Source: Oligoflexia bacterium (GTDB lineage: Bacteria > Bdellovibrionota > Bdellovibrionia > JABDDW01). From it: DNA of 41,452 bases. Below, piece after piece: positions 1-8,005 of this stretch. The DNA lies in assembly GCA_043732305.1 (NCBI GenBank), contig JAYTHU010000033.1, positions 1 through 41,452 of the forward strand, written 5' to 3'. The position numbers and the translations under genes were made by a program. Positions within the stretch are counted from its first letter, which is position 1. Every line of letters starts with the position of its first letter. Below the pieces are notes generated by a model. It saw nothing but the letters and a program-made list of their open reading frames with translations, was not told the DNA's origin and did no database searches.

Positions 1-175
1 GACCAAGCTAGGCACGCCTCCTTGGCTTACGGTGAAAGATTGACCAGTACTAACGGCCAGAATCTAATGCTTCTTTCAAGTTTTCAGGGGACAACATTCA
101 GTTGCAACTTTTCAATTGCAAATAGAGACTGTAAAATCAGAAGATGGAAGACTCACAACAGCAGGAGGCAGTTTT

Positions 176-1588
176 ATGAAATCCAATAAAATTTGGTTGA
201 TCGTCGCGATTTTACTCACAGTGACCGCATGCGCGCACAATCCACAAGTGGTTGGAACGAAAGCTGGCGAGCCCGGAACTCCCGTTGTAGTCAATGAAGC
301 GGAAGACAAACTTATTCATGAGCTCCCGGGACCACAAACCCCTGCAGCTGCCACTAATGAAATAGGAACTATTCCTCTCGAAGTGAATGGCGAAGTCGAA
401 AAATGGATTCAATACTTTCAGGGCCGCGGCCGCGGATATTTTGAGCGTTATTTAGAGCGCTCTGCAAAGTATGCTCCGTTGATGAAAAAAGTCTTGAGGG
501 ACAATGGAGTTCCTGAAGATCTCATTTACATCTGCATGATTGAATCTGGGTTTTCATCCAAAATCAAAAGCAAGGCGAAAGCCGTTGGGTTTTGGCAATT
601 TATCAAAGGCACTGGAAATCACTACGGCTTGATCAACAACAAACTAATGGACGAGCGCTATGATCCGGTTCGAAGCACCGAAGCCGCCGCTGCATATTTC
701 AAAGGTCTTTATAATCTTTTTAATTCTTGGTTTTTGGCCATCGCAAGTTACAACGTGGGCGAAAACAGAATTAAAAACCTGGTTATGAAAAACTACACTC
801 GTGATTTCTGGGAACTCGCTAAGCGAAAACAACTTCCTGCGGAAACCATTCAATACATCCCTAAATTTTTGGCAGCAGGCTTGATTGCTCGTGAACCCGA
901 AAAATATGGTTTCGTTGGACTCAACTATCAAACTGCCATGGTCTTTGACACTGTCACTGCTAGAGAAACGATCGACATGCGTGCTTTGGCGAAGAATATG
1001 AAAGCGGATTACGAAGAAATTCGTGATCTCAATCCATCCTACAAAACTCAATACGCTCCCGTGATCAGCGGCGAAGCGCAAGTCCGCGTTCCACTCGGAA
1101 CAAAAGATTTGGCCAATAATGTAATGCCTAACGCCTTGGTGAAAAATAAGCGCATTGTCGCCGAAGTGGATGATGTCAATTCTAAGAATTCTTTTTTGAG
1201 ATACAAAGTTCAAAAAGGTGAGACCTTAGAAAAAATCGCTGAGCGGTTTGATGTTTCCGTCGATTCTATAACTAAGCTCAATCGAGTGCGTCGGAGACGA
1301 TCTCTAAGACCCGGGACTACCCTAAAAATTCCTAGTAGTGCCGCGATGACTAAGCCCCAGGCACATAAAACTGGTGATAAGGTAGTCGCCGCTGCAATCA
1401 AGGCCGAAGTTCCTGCCAATAGTGGTGAGAAAAAGGAATCTTTGTTACATGTGGTGAAGCGCGGTGAGACCCTCACTCGTATAGCTAGCAAACATAATTT
1501 AAGCGTGGCTTCTTTAGCAAAAGCGAATGGTCTGAGATGGGATCAAAAAGTTTTGCTAGGTCAGAAAATCACTATTCCTCAAGATTGA
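176..1588 (+). CDS. mltD: Membrane-bound lytic murein transglycosylase D-like lipoprotein (SLT domain + LysM domains)
   Basis: ATG at 176 after GGAGG; lipobox VTAC; SLT motifs MIESGF, AVGFWQF, ASYNVGE, ETIQYIPK; LysM repeats YKVQKGETLEKIA and HVVKRGETLTRIA. Confidence 0.92.
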   Translation: MKSNKIWLIVAILLTVTACAHNPQVVGTKAGEPGTPVVVNEAEDKLIHELPGPQTPAAATNEIGTIPLEVNGEVEKWIQYFQGRGRGYFERYLERSAKYAPLMKKVLRDNGVPEDLIYICMIESGFSSKIKSKAKAVGFWQFIKGTGNHYGLINNKLMDERYDPVRSTEAAAAYFKGLYNLFNSWFLAIASYNVGENRIKNLVMKNYTRDFWELAKRKQLPAETIQYIPKFLAAGLIAREPEKYGFVGLNYQTAMVFDTVTARETIDMRALAKNMKADYEEIRDLNPSYKTQYAPVISGEAQVRVPLGTKDLANNVMPNALVKNKRIVAEVDDVNSKNSFLRYKVQKGETLEKIAERFDVSVDSITKLNRVRRRRSLRPGTTLKIPSSAAMTKPQAHKTGDKVVAAAIKAEVPANSGEKKESLLHVVKRGETLTRIASKHNLSVASLAKANGLRWDQKVLLGQKITIPQD

Positions 1589-1604
1589 TTCGAAGAATCT
1601 GAGC

Positions 1605-1640
1605 AAAAAAAACGGCAAGAGTTTCAAGTCTTGCCGGTTT
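1605..1640. terminator. Bidirectional intrinsic terminator, strongest on the minus strand
   Basis: A8 (1605-1612), stem CGGCAAGA (1613-1620) / TCTTGCCG (1629-1636), then GTTTT; the U8 tail is on the minus strand. Confidence 0.85.
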
Positions 1641-1663
1641 TCAAACTAAAAATTTTAAATTGA

Positions 1664-1853
1664 ATGCTGCTGCATTTCCGTCCTCCGGTGTGGCCCTCTG
1701 CTCGACGGTCTCTTTTGTACCCCAAGCACTACAGGCTTAATCAACTTGTCTCGGGTTTCCCCGGGTTGACTGTGTCGCTGACTGCTACAAGAATGGACAG
1801 GTTTCGTAAACGCGCTCATGGAGAAGGCCTTTGTAAAGGATCACGTACAACAT
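1664..1853 (-). ncRNA. Candidate ~190-nt rod-like structured RNA (6S-RNA-like shape)
   Basis: Nested minus-strand pairings AUGUUG/CAGCAU, UCCUU/GAGGA, GGCCUUCU/AGAGGGCC, UUGUA/UACAA, ACAG/CUGU, GUCAAC/GUUGAU, apical CGGG-GAAA-CCCG; sigma70-type promoter upstream, terminator downstream, no long ORF on this strand. Confidence 0.5.
1785..1853 (-). CDS. Possible 22-aa small ORF MLYVILYKGLLHERVYETCPFL
   Basis: GGGAGG (1860-1865) 6 nt before ATG at 1853; TAG at 1785-1787; overlaps the 5' arm of the RNA candidate. Confidence 0.3.
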   Translation of the reverse strand: MLYVILYKGLLHERVYETCPFL

Positions 1854-1914
1854 AGAGAACCTCCCTTTTTGGCTGACTAAATCACCGGATAAGTTGCACC
1901 GGCCGACATCTATG

Positions 1915-1943
1915 AGAATACCGCAAGGCTAGACCAAAGGCAA
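1915..1943 (-). promoter_or_regulatory. Sigma70-type promoter
   Basis: TTGCCT-N17-TATTCT on the minus strand, pointing toward the RNA candidate. Confidence 0.55.
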
Positions 1944-1964
1944 GAACATACTGTATATTTTACA

Positions 1965-1980
1965 TGGCAGGGTATTTGCA
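1965..1980 (+). promoter_or_regulatory. Sigma54 (-24/-12) promoter
   Basis: TGGCAGGGTATTTGCA: GG-N10-GC with TGGCA and TTGC, 45 bp upstream of the CDS at 2025. Confidence 0.65.
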
Positions 1981-2024
1981 ATATTATAAGCTGTTGATAT
2001 CTAACGCGAATAGGGAGGATAAGG

Positions 2025-2402
2025 ATGTCTAAGAATCTTGCCATCGTCTTCATTTTAGCCGGTTTCGGGCTCATTGCCACCTTTCAAAATTGTGGTGGGC
2101 AGAATCTCGGATCTCAGAATTTAGCTAATAGCCAAATTACGACAGCTCAAGCAGTTAACTTGACTGGAACCGTTCAAACCCTGAATTTGGAAGGTTGCGG
2201 TAAGGTCATCGTTTCTGATGCAGACGGTACCAGCAAGTTTATTCCTCATGGAACCGACACTTCAGTTCTCGCCGAGGGCTCAAAAGTTCAATTGATTGGA
2301 ACTGTGGCGAGTGACCTGGTTTCTAGCTGCATGGCCGGAGTTATTGTGAATGTTAGTTCACTTAAAACTGTGCCGGCTGTTGCTCCCGTTAGTGGAAATT
2401 AA
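2025..2402 (+). CDS. Small exported/lipoprotein with FQNC motif and a Cys-containing beta domain
   Basis: GGGAGG RBS; hydrophobic N-terminus ending ATFQNCG, a motif common in Bdellovibrio proteins; LEGC...SCMAG pair. Confidence 0.75.
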   Translation: MSKNLAIVFILAGFGLIATFQNCGGQNLGSQNLANSQITTAQAVNLTGTVQTLNLEGCGKVIVSDADGTSKFIPHGTDTSVLAEGSKVQLIGTVASDLVSSCMAGVIVNVSSLKTVPAVAPVSGN

Positions 2403-3013
2403 AACTCGTAACCAATCCTAAATTTTGTGTATGCGCCAGAAAGATCGACTGAAGGGCCTGTGGCCGTTGTCTGTAAATTCTTTCCAACCAAAGACAAGTA
2501 TCCAAGTTCGACTCCAAGAATAACACTGCTTAATTTTACGCCGCCCTCAATGCCAGCGGAGTAACTCATTTGATTTCCTGCTGGGCTGAGATCACTTGCG
2601 TTTGTGGTGCTCACTTTAAAATTATGAGAAAGACCGTAGGTGGCTAATCCGCCTAGAAAAATAACGTTATCTAAAATTCGATAGCCAGCCATGAGCGCCC
2701 AGCGATTCGCATAAACATTTTGAGTGATTGATCCAGAGTTGACGCTACCGGTGATGTTTTCATATCTCAAGCCGCCGCCAAAATGTACCATTGGGAAAAA
2801 GTACATGAGGTCAAACCCATAACCGTAAAGCTTGTTCAGTGCGGGCATGCCTGGATATATCGTCTGATCGAGACTATTTAAGTCTGAGGGCGAGCTAAAA
2901 TTGTAAACGTAATTGGCCGATAGTTCTAAATTTGCTTTGGCCGTTCCAGAGATTGCGGTTGCGAGTAAAAAGGCGGCGATAAATTTAGTTCCGATTTTCG
3001 AATAGTTTTTCAT
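2399..3013 (-). CDS. Small outer-membrane beta-barrel protein
   Basis: Signal peptide (AKA cleavage site), alternating amphipathic beta strands, C-terminal RIGYEF. Confidence 0.8.
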   Translation of the reverse strand: MKNYSKIGTKFIAAFLLATAISGTAKANLELSANYVYNFSSPSDLNSLDQTIYPGMPALNKLYGYGFDLMYFFPMVHFGGGLRYENITGSVNSGSITQNVYANRWALMAGYRILDNVIFLGGLATYGLSHNFKVSTTNASDLSPAGNQMSYSAGIEGGVKLSSVILGVELGYLSLVGKNLQTTATGPSVDLSGAYTKFRIGYEF

Positions 3014-3091
3014 TCGTGGCTCCCTTGCCCTGAAAGTTTATCCAATTTCAAAAACATGATGATAATCACTGAACACTCATCGCCGCAATGA

Positions 3092-3832
3092 CTATCTAAT
3101 CAAGTCTTCCCAGGTGTAGGATTCCTCTGAAAACAGATATCCCACCATCTTGCGCGTACTCCAAGAAGTTTCTACATGTGAGGTGTCACGAAGTGCTTTG
3201 TAAATCGCTTCGTGCACAAAAAACGCAGCCTCATCAATTTTAAGCAATGATGATTTTACCTCTGGGTCAATCACAAGATTGTTCTCAATATCAAAGTACA
3301 TTCCTAGTCCAACAACTTCGCAACCTTTTTTCAGGTAACGAATGTCTGTGTCCTGCGGGGGTAAAACATAGCTACCCTCAGGAATAGAAATCACGTTTTG
3401 TTGCACGATCAATAGTTTTTCCGAAACTATTCGAGCGAACTCTGGGTTAACTTGTGCCAGTCGTTTAAGCGCATTGACTATCTGATTTTGCACAGTTGTT
3501 TTATTGTCGAACATCATATTTAGATTTCGACCTCGTCTATGGGATTCTTCGCGGAACGGTCCATAACCCTTTTCTGCCTCCCACAAATCTGTGAGCTGAT
3601 ATTTTCTTCCATGTGAAAGTCCCAGATCTTGTGCTGCCTTCTGATCATATTCCACCTGCAATTTCATTTTTCCGTCTCGATCTTTTTTCATAACAATCGC
3701 CGGTTTGATTTCGCAGTTGATAACGCCGCCGCCGCCGCCGTGACTCGCTCCCGCTGAGGCAGCAAGAGAAATCGCATTGAGTGCGAACAGGACTGTCAGA
3801 CTCGTGGCTTTCTTAATTTGCCATTTTTTCAT
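3092..3832 (-). CDS. Secreted hypothetical protein with Gly-rich mature N-terminus and a metallopeptidase-like HExxY helix
   Basis: Start MKKWQIKK after GGAG; signal peptide followed by GASHGGGGG; AAFFVHEAIYK near the C-terminus. Confidence 0.7.
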   Translation of the reverse strand: MKKWQIKKATSLTVLFALNAISLAASAGASHGGGGGVINCEIKPAIVMKKDRDGKMKLQVEYDQKAAQDLGLSHGRKYQLTDLWEAEKGYGPFREESHRRGRNLNMMFDNKTTVQNQIVNALKRLAQVNPEFARIVSEKLLIVQQNVISIPEGSYVLPPQDTDIRYLKKGCEVVGLGMYFDIENNLVIDPEVKSSLLKIDEAAFFVHEAIYKALRDTSHVETSWSTRKMVGYLFSEESYTWEDLIR

Positions 3833-3883
3833 AATCGTCTCCAAAATAGACCGCCCCATAGGAGCGGCCATCTGTCCTGCTAA

Positions 3884-4561
3884 TTATTTAATTCTTTCCA
3901 AACTAACATGCATACCTGAGAGGGATCCTAGATCAACCATTCCCAAGACGTAGTTTGCTCCTGCAACAAATGCCTTAGCCAAAATTCCTGTGAAGACAGC
4001 GTCGTGAACCTGTGTGACTTTAATTTTCATATCGTAAAGATTTATATTTGTGATGATTGAACGTCCGTCTGAAGACAAGAGGGGTCCAAAATTCTGCCCG
4101 TTTTTATCAATCTTGTTTGAAGTGATTAGAAACCGGCCTTTGATAGCCACGTCAACGTCGAACTTATTGTATTCAGCTTTTGGAAGATTCATTTGCGTTA
4201 AGAAATAAATTTCTTGATAATTGGAGTTAACAGCAAAGTCTGGAGCAGAAAAATTTAGCACGGCAGTTGGTAAGGATTTACGACCGAGCTCCGAATCCTT
4301 ATTTTTTTTCAAGATTGCATCCGGAACCTTTGTGGGCACCAAACCACTCAAATCAAATGTCCATCTTGCATGCTCAGTGGTGTCATAGACCTTCACTTCA
4401 CAGCCGTGTTGAGTTATGTTTAGCACGTGGCTATGTACTGTTTCAAAACGGTAAATTCCGTTTAAATCCACCTTTTCGCAATCGGGTGCCGCTTTGGCTA
4501 TTGCTCCAATAGAGCTGACAGCAATCATCATCATTAAAATATTCTTCAAACTTGTTTTCAT
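3884..4561 (-). CDS. Secreted hypothetical protein
   Basis: AGGAG RBS; signal peptide ending AIAKA; 225-aa ORF, no recognised domain. Confidence 0.75.
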   Translation of the reverse strand: MKTSLKNILMMMIAVSSIGAIAKAAPDCEKVDLNGIYRFETVHSHVLNITQHGCEVKVYDTTEHARWTFDLSGLVPTKVPDAILKKNKDSELGRKSLPTAVLNFSAPDFAVNSNYQEIYFLTQMNLPKAEYNKFDVDVAIKGRFLITSNKIDKNGQNFGPLLSSDGRSIITNINLYDMKIKVTQVHDAVFTGILAKAFVAGANYVLGMVDLGSLSGMHVSLERIK

Positions 4562-4711
4562 ATAAAACTCCTTAAATAAATTTTTAAAACTAAACTTCTT
4601 AATTCGTAAATCTGATCAATATAATTATTTAACTGTGCTTGGGCCGAGGCTGAAGCCACTAGGGGTTCAGCTGCTTGAGCCAGCGCTTTGTATCTAATAA
4701 ATGTACTTCAT
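4558..4711 (-). pseudogene. Possible frameshifted remnant of a small secreted-protein gene
   Basis: GGAG RBS + ATG at 4711 gives only MKYIY*; the +1 frame is open (…KALAQAAEPLVASASAQAQLNNYIDQIYELRSLVLKIYLRSFI*) and ends in an ATGA overlap with the start at 4561. Confidence 0.3.
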
Positions 4712-4743
4712 AAAAACTACTCCGTTGTTTAATGGTTAATAAA

Positions 4744-4759
4744 AGCAATTGCTGAGCCA
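4744..4759 (-). promoter_or_regulatory. Sigma54 (-24/-12) promoter
   Basis: Minus strand TGGCTCAGCAATTGCT, GG-N10-GC with TTGCT, upstream of the secreted-protein genes. Confidence 0.6.
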
Positions 4760-4814
4760 ATAATAGCTGATTGCGTTAAGACCTCCAGATTTACTGTGTT
4801 AATTATTAGAGATA

Positions 4815-4836
4815 TATTTAACAATTTTGTTAAATA
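4815..4836. promoter_or_regulatory. Perfect inverted repeat, candidate operator
   Basis: TATTTAACAA-TT-TTGTTAAATA ending 17 bp before the TIGR02147 start codon. Confidence 0.55.
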
Positions 4837-4853
4837 AGCCGTAGGCTGTTAAT

Positions 4854-5678
4854 ATGACTAAATTTAATTCGCTATTTGATTTTGATGATTACAAGAAATA
4901 TGTCCATGAGTGGCTTTTGAAGATGCCTCACGGGGGGCACGGGCAGCTGAGTCGGATCGCCAAACATTTGAGCATAAGCTCGGTTTCCGTCAGTCATGTT
5001 TTTAACGGTGTTCGAGATCTTTCTGAAGAGCAAGCGGTGGAGATTGCCGAGTTTTTTGGCTTCTCGGAACTGGAGGGTGATTATTTCTTACTTCTCGTTC
5101 AGCTTGAGCGGGCGGGATCTTTTAAGCTCAAAGCTCGGGTGAAAACTCAAATTACAAAAGTTTTGGTGCAGGCACAGGATTTAAAATCACGTCTCACCCA
5201 AGATGTTGAAATGGATGAAGCTGCTCAGTCACAATTTTATTCCAATTGGTTTTTTAGTGGTGTGAGTTTGGCCACGTCAATCGAAGGTCTGCAAAGTTTG
5301 GAATCAATTTCGAAATACCTTGGGCTTTCACGAAGCAAAGTTCGCGAGGTTTTGGATTTTTTATTGATCTACGGTTTGGTTGAAGAGCGCAAAGATGGAT
5401 TTCACATTGGGCATAAGCACACTCATCTGAGCGCAAAATCACTTTTGGTTTCGCGTCACCATGCGAACTGGCGATTGAAAGCTTTGGAAAATATGAATGA
5501 ACTTTCGCCCGAAGAGATTTTCTATACTGGGCCGATGACTATGTCGGTCGAAACAATGCGGGAAATTCGCCGCGATATTGTCGAGCTCATTGACAATGTA
5601 CTAAAAAAAGTTGGCCCCTCTCCCTCTGAGGAAATCGCTTGTTTAAATATTGATTGGTTCAAGGTGCGAGGGAAGTGA
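4854..5678 (+). CDS. TIGR02147-family protein (N-terminal HTH + DUF4423-like domain)
   Basis: FDFDDYKKYV…LSRIAKHLSISSVSVSHVFNGVRDLS HTH; FYSNWFF; HHANWRLKA; C-terminal LNIDWF. Confidence 0.85.
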   Translation: MTKFNSLFDFDDYKKYVHEWLLKMPHGGHGQLSRIAKHLSISSVSVSHVFNGVRDLSEEQAVEIAEFFGFSELEGDYFLLLVQLERAGSFKLKARVKTQITKVLVQAQDLKSRLTQDVEMDEAAQSQFYSNWFFSGVSLATSIEGLQSLESISKYLGLSRSKVREVLDFLLIYGLVEERKDGFHIGHKHTHLSAKSLLVSRHHANWRLKALENMNELSPEEIFYTGPMTMSVETMREIRRDIVELIDNVLKKVGPSPSEEIACLNIDWFKVRGK

Positions 5679-6038
5679 ATGCGTCTTTGTTTGCCGATTT
5701 CTACAAAGTGCGTTTTACCGGTTGCACAGGCAGTAAAAATTGTTTTTCGAAGTAGGCACATACGGTTGCTGAAACAATTTATTGTATGCCAGTAATCATG
5801 TGCAGAATAATTAGCGAAATTAAAATATAATTTGACATGATTTTTATTTACCCACTTTTGCTTGAGTTGAATGCACAGCTGCGAGCCGCGAATTCTAAAG
5901 TTTTTGTCCGTTAATAATCTGTGGCAGAGCGGTGGCAGGCTTGAATTGCGTATTTTTCTTTTGCGAATTTCAGTTAAGAATTCATCGGAAATCAGGTTTT
6001 AAAAAGCATGTTATACCTTTGGACAGAGGTAAGATAAA

Positions 6039-7076
6039 ATGCAAAATAATTTGAGTAGAGAAGATTCGCTGGTTTTTTTAAATCATGTTCGTTCAGAAGT
6101 AAAAAATGAAAATGAGATGACTCTAAGTGTGATTAGGCTTTTGGCTAGAGTAGAAAAAGATCGGCTCTATCTGGAGTGGAGATATGACTCGCTTTTTGAA
6201 TTTGCGACTAAAGATTTGAAATACGAGGAAACTTCCGCTTTGCGGAGAATGGCCGCCGCTCGATTGATGCTTGAAGTTCCTGAGGTAGAGAGCAAAATCG
6301 AATCCGGTCTTTTGCATTTGGCTCAGCTCTGTCGAGCGCAAACATTCTTTCGGCAGGAAGAATCAGCGACTCACAAGAAGATAGATCATTGCGAAAAGCT
6401 GAAAGTGCTTTCCCAGCTTGAGGAAAAATCAACACGTCAGTCTGAGAAAACTCTTTTTGCTATTTTCCCCGACCAAATACATAAAACTGAAAAAGTAAGA
6501 ATTGTTTCTGAAAATCACACTGAGATAAAATTAGTTCTCGATGATTCTGTGAAACATAAGTTGGATCGTCTTAAGCAATTGATGTCTCACAAAAATCCAA
6601 ACATGAGTTATGGCGATTTGATTTCAGAACTTGCGGATATAGCTCTTGTAAAATTTGAGAAAGCCGGGAAGGTCGCGAAAACTAGAAATGTCGCAGCAGC
6701 TGAAATGGATGAAAATAGAAAAGTCGAATCACCGGCGGCGCCGCCGGTGCGAAATGTCACCGACGAAAATGCTCAGTCGCGGCATATTTCGGTGGCGGTT
6801 CAGCGTGAAGTTTGGAAAAAAGATGAGTGGAAATGCAGTTTCGTAAGTCCGGTGACTGGGAAAGTTTGTGGATCAAAATGGAAACTAGAGATTCATCATA
6901 TTCTCCCGTTTGCAATGAGCTTTTCGAGCGGCGAAAGTGAAGTTTTCTTTTCAGACGATGACGCCGCTGACGTCCACGATCTTGCGAATTTGAAGCTATT
7001 TTGCAAAAACCATAATTTGCATCAAGCTAAAAAAGATTATGGCGAAGAAAAAATAAGGAGTTACTTGAGGCACTAA
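6039..7076 (+). CDS. HNH endonuclease with long helical N-terminal region
   Basis: C-terminal SRHIS…VWKKDEWKC…CGSKWKLEIHHILP…NLKLFCKNHN; N-terminal RLYLEWRYDSLFEFATKDLKY…A.RR..AARL. Confidence 0.85.
   Translation: MQNNLSREDSLVFLNHVRSEVKNENEMTLSVIRLLARVEKDRLYLEWRYDSLFEFATKDLKYEETSALRRMAAARLMLEVPEVESKIESGLLHLAQLCRAQTFFRQEESATHKKIDHCEKLKVLSQLEEKSTRQSEKTLFAIFPDQIHKTEKVRIVSENHTEIKLVLDDSVKHKLDRLKQLMSHKNPNMSYGDLISELADIALVKFEKAGKVAKTRNVAAAEMDENRKVESPAAPPVRNVTDENAQSRHISVAVQREVWKKDEWKCSFVSPVTGKVCGSKWKLEIHHILPFAMSFSSGESEVFFSDDDAADVHDLANLKLFCKNHNLHQAKKDYGEEKIRSYLRH
6730..6749. repeat. Perfect 20-bp palindrome inside the HNH CDS
   Basis: CACCGGCGGCGCCGCCGGTG equals its own reverse complement; lies in the SPAAPPV codons. 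Confidence 0.95.
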
Positions 7077-7142
7077 GGCTAGTTAGGAGTTTGAAGGAAA
7101 ACTACAAACTAGAAAAATTGCCAGCGAAACTTAATTGGTAAT

Positions 7143-7949
7143 TTATCCCAGCAAAACTTTGGCGAGACCTTCAAAAGCAGCGCGTTCGCGCACAGTTTTG
7201 TCGCGGAGTTCGAAACCTTCGGCCATAAGGGGTACGCCGTTTTCGGAGGCGACACCAATCAGAGGATTAAAAGGAATGCGCGCTAAAATGGGAAATGATT
7301 TTTCGGCGCAAAAACTTTCTAAATGGCCGGCAGGAAATAAATCGTTCAGCTCGCCGCAATGAGCGCAGAGGAGACCTGCCATGTTTTCGACGACACCTAA
7401 AATTGGAGTCTTCACTTTGGCAAACATATCGACGCATCGTTTGACATCAATCAAAGCCATGTCTTGCGGAGTGGAAACAATCACCGCGCCATCGACTGGG
7501 ACTTTTTGGGCAATAGTCAATTGAACGTCACCCGTGCCGGGTGGCAGATCCACGATTAAAAAATCGAGTTCGCCCCAATTCACATCAAATATAAATTGTT
7601 GTATGGCTTTAAACAGCATGGGGCCGCGCCAGATGACAGCGTCACCTTCGGGAATCAAAAAACCCAGTGACATGATTTTCATTCCAAATTTGAAAACCGG
7701 ATCAATTTTATTGTCAGAGGTCAGATTCGGACGAGCGTCCGTTAAGCCCAGCATCAAAGGAAGACTCGGGCCGTAAATATCCGCATCAAGAAGGCCTACT
7801 TTTTTACCAGAAGCAGCTAGGGTCAGCGCCAAGTTTGCGGCGACCGTGCTTTTGCCAACTCCGCCTTTACCTGCGCCAACGGCAATGATTTTACCAATTC
7901 CAGGCATTTTTTTCTGAGTATCAAATGGGTTTCCGCCATACACCGGCAT
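7143..7949 (-). CDS. mrp: Mrp/NBP35 (ApbC) Fe-S carrier ATPase
   Basis: GAGKGGVGKST, DADIYGPS, WRGPM, DLPPGTGD, CAHC; probable start MPVYGG after GGAAGG. Confidence 0.93.
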   Translation of the reverse strand: MPVYGGNPFDTQKKMPGIGKIIAVGAGKGGVGKSTVAANLALTLAASGKKVGLLDADIYGPSLPLMLGLTDARPNLTSDNKIDPVFKFGMKIMSLGFLIPEGDAVIWRGPMLFKAIQQFIFDVNWGELDFLIVDLPPGTGDVQLTIAQKVPVDGAVIVSTPQDMALIDVKRCVDMFAKVKTPILGVVENMAGLLCAHCGELNDLFPAGHLESFCAEKSFPILARIPFNPLIGVASENGVPLMAEGFELRDKTVRERAAFEGLAKVLLG

Positions 7950-8005
7950 AAAACTTCCTTCCAAAAACAGTTGAATTACGAGGTAACAAATACGACAATG
8001 CCGTC

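Noticed and set aside
1664..1855. 63-aa plus-strand ORF
   Set aside because: No RBS or recognisable motif; follows a terminator; promoter and structure evidence favour the minus strand
5922..5937. Sigma54 promoter before the HNH gene (TGGCAGAGCGGTGGCA)
   Set aside because: Spacing fits but the -12 element is TGGC and the site is a short GTGGCAG direct repeat; too weak
6039..7076. IscB/Cas9-like nuclease
   Set aside because: No RuvC motifs, PLMP N-terminus or CRISPR array visible; HNH only
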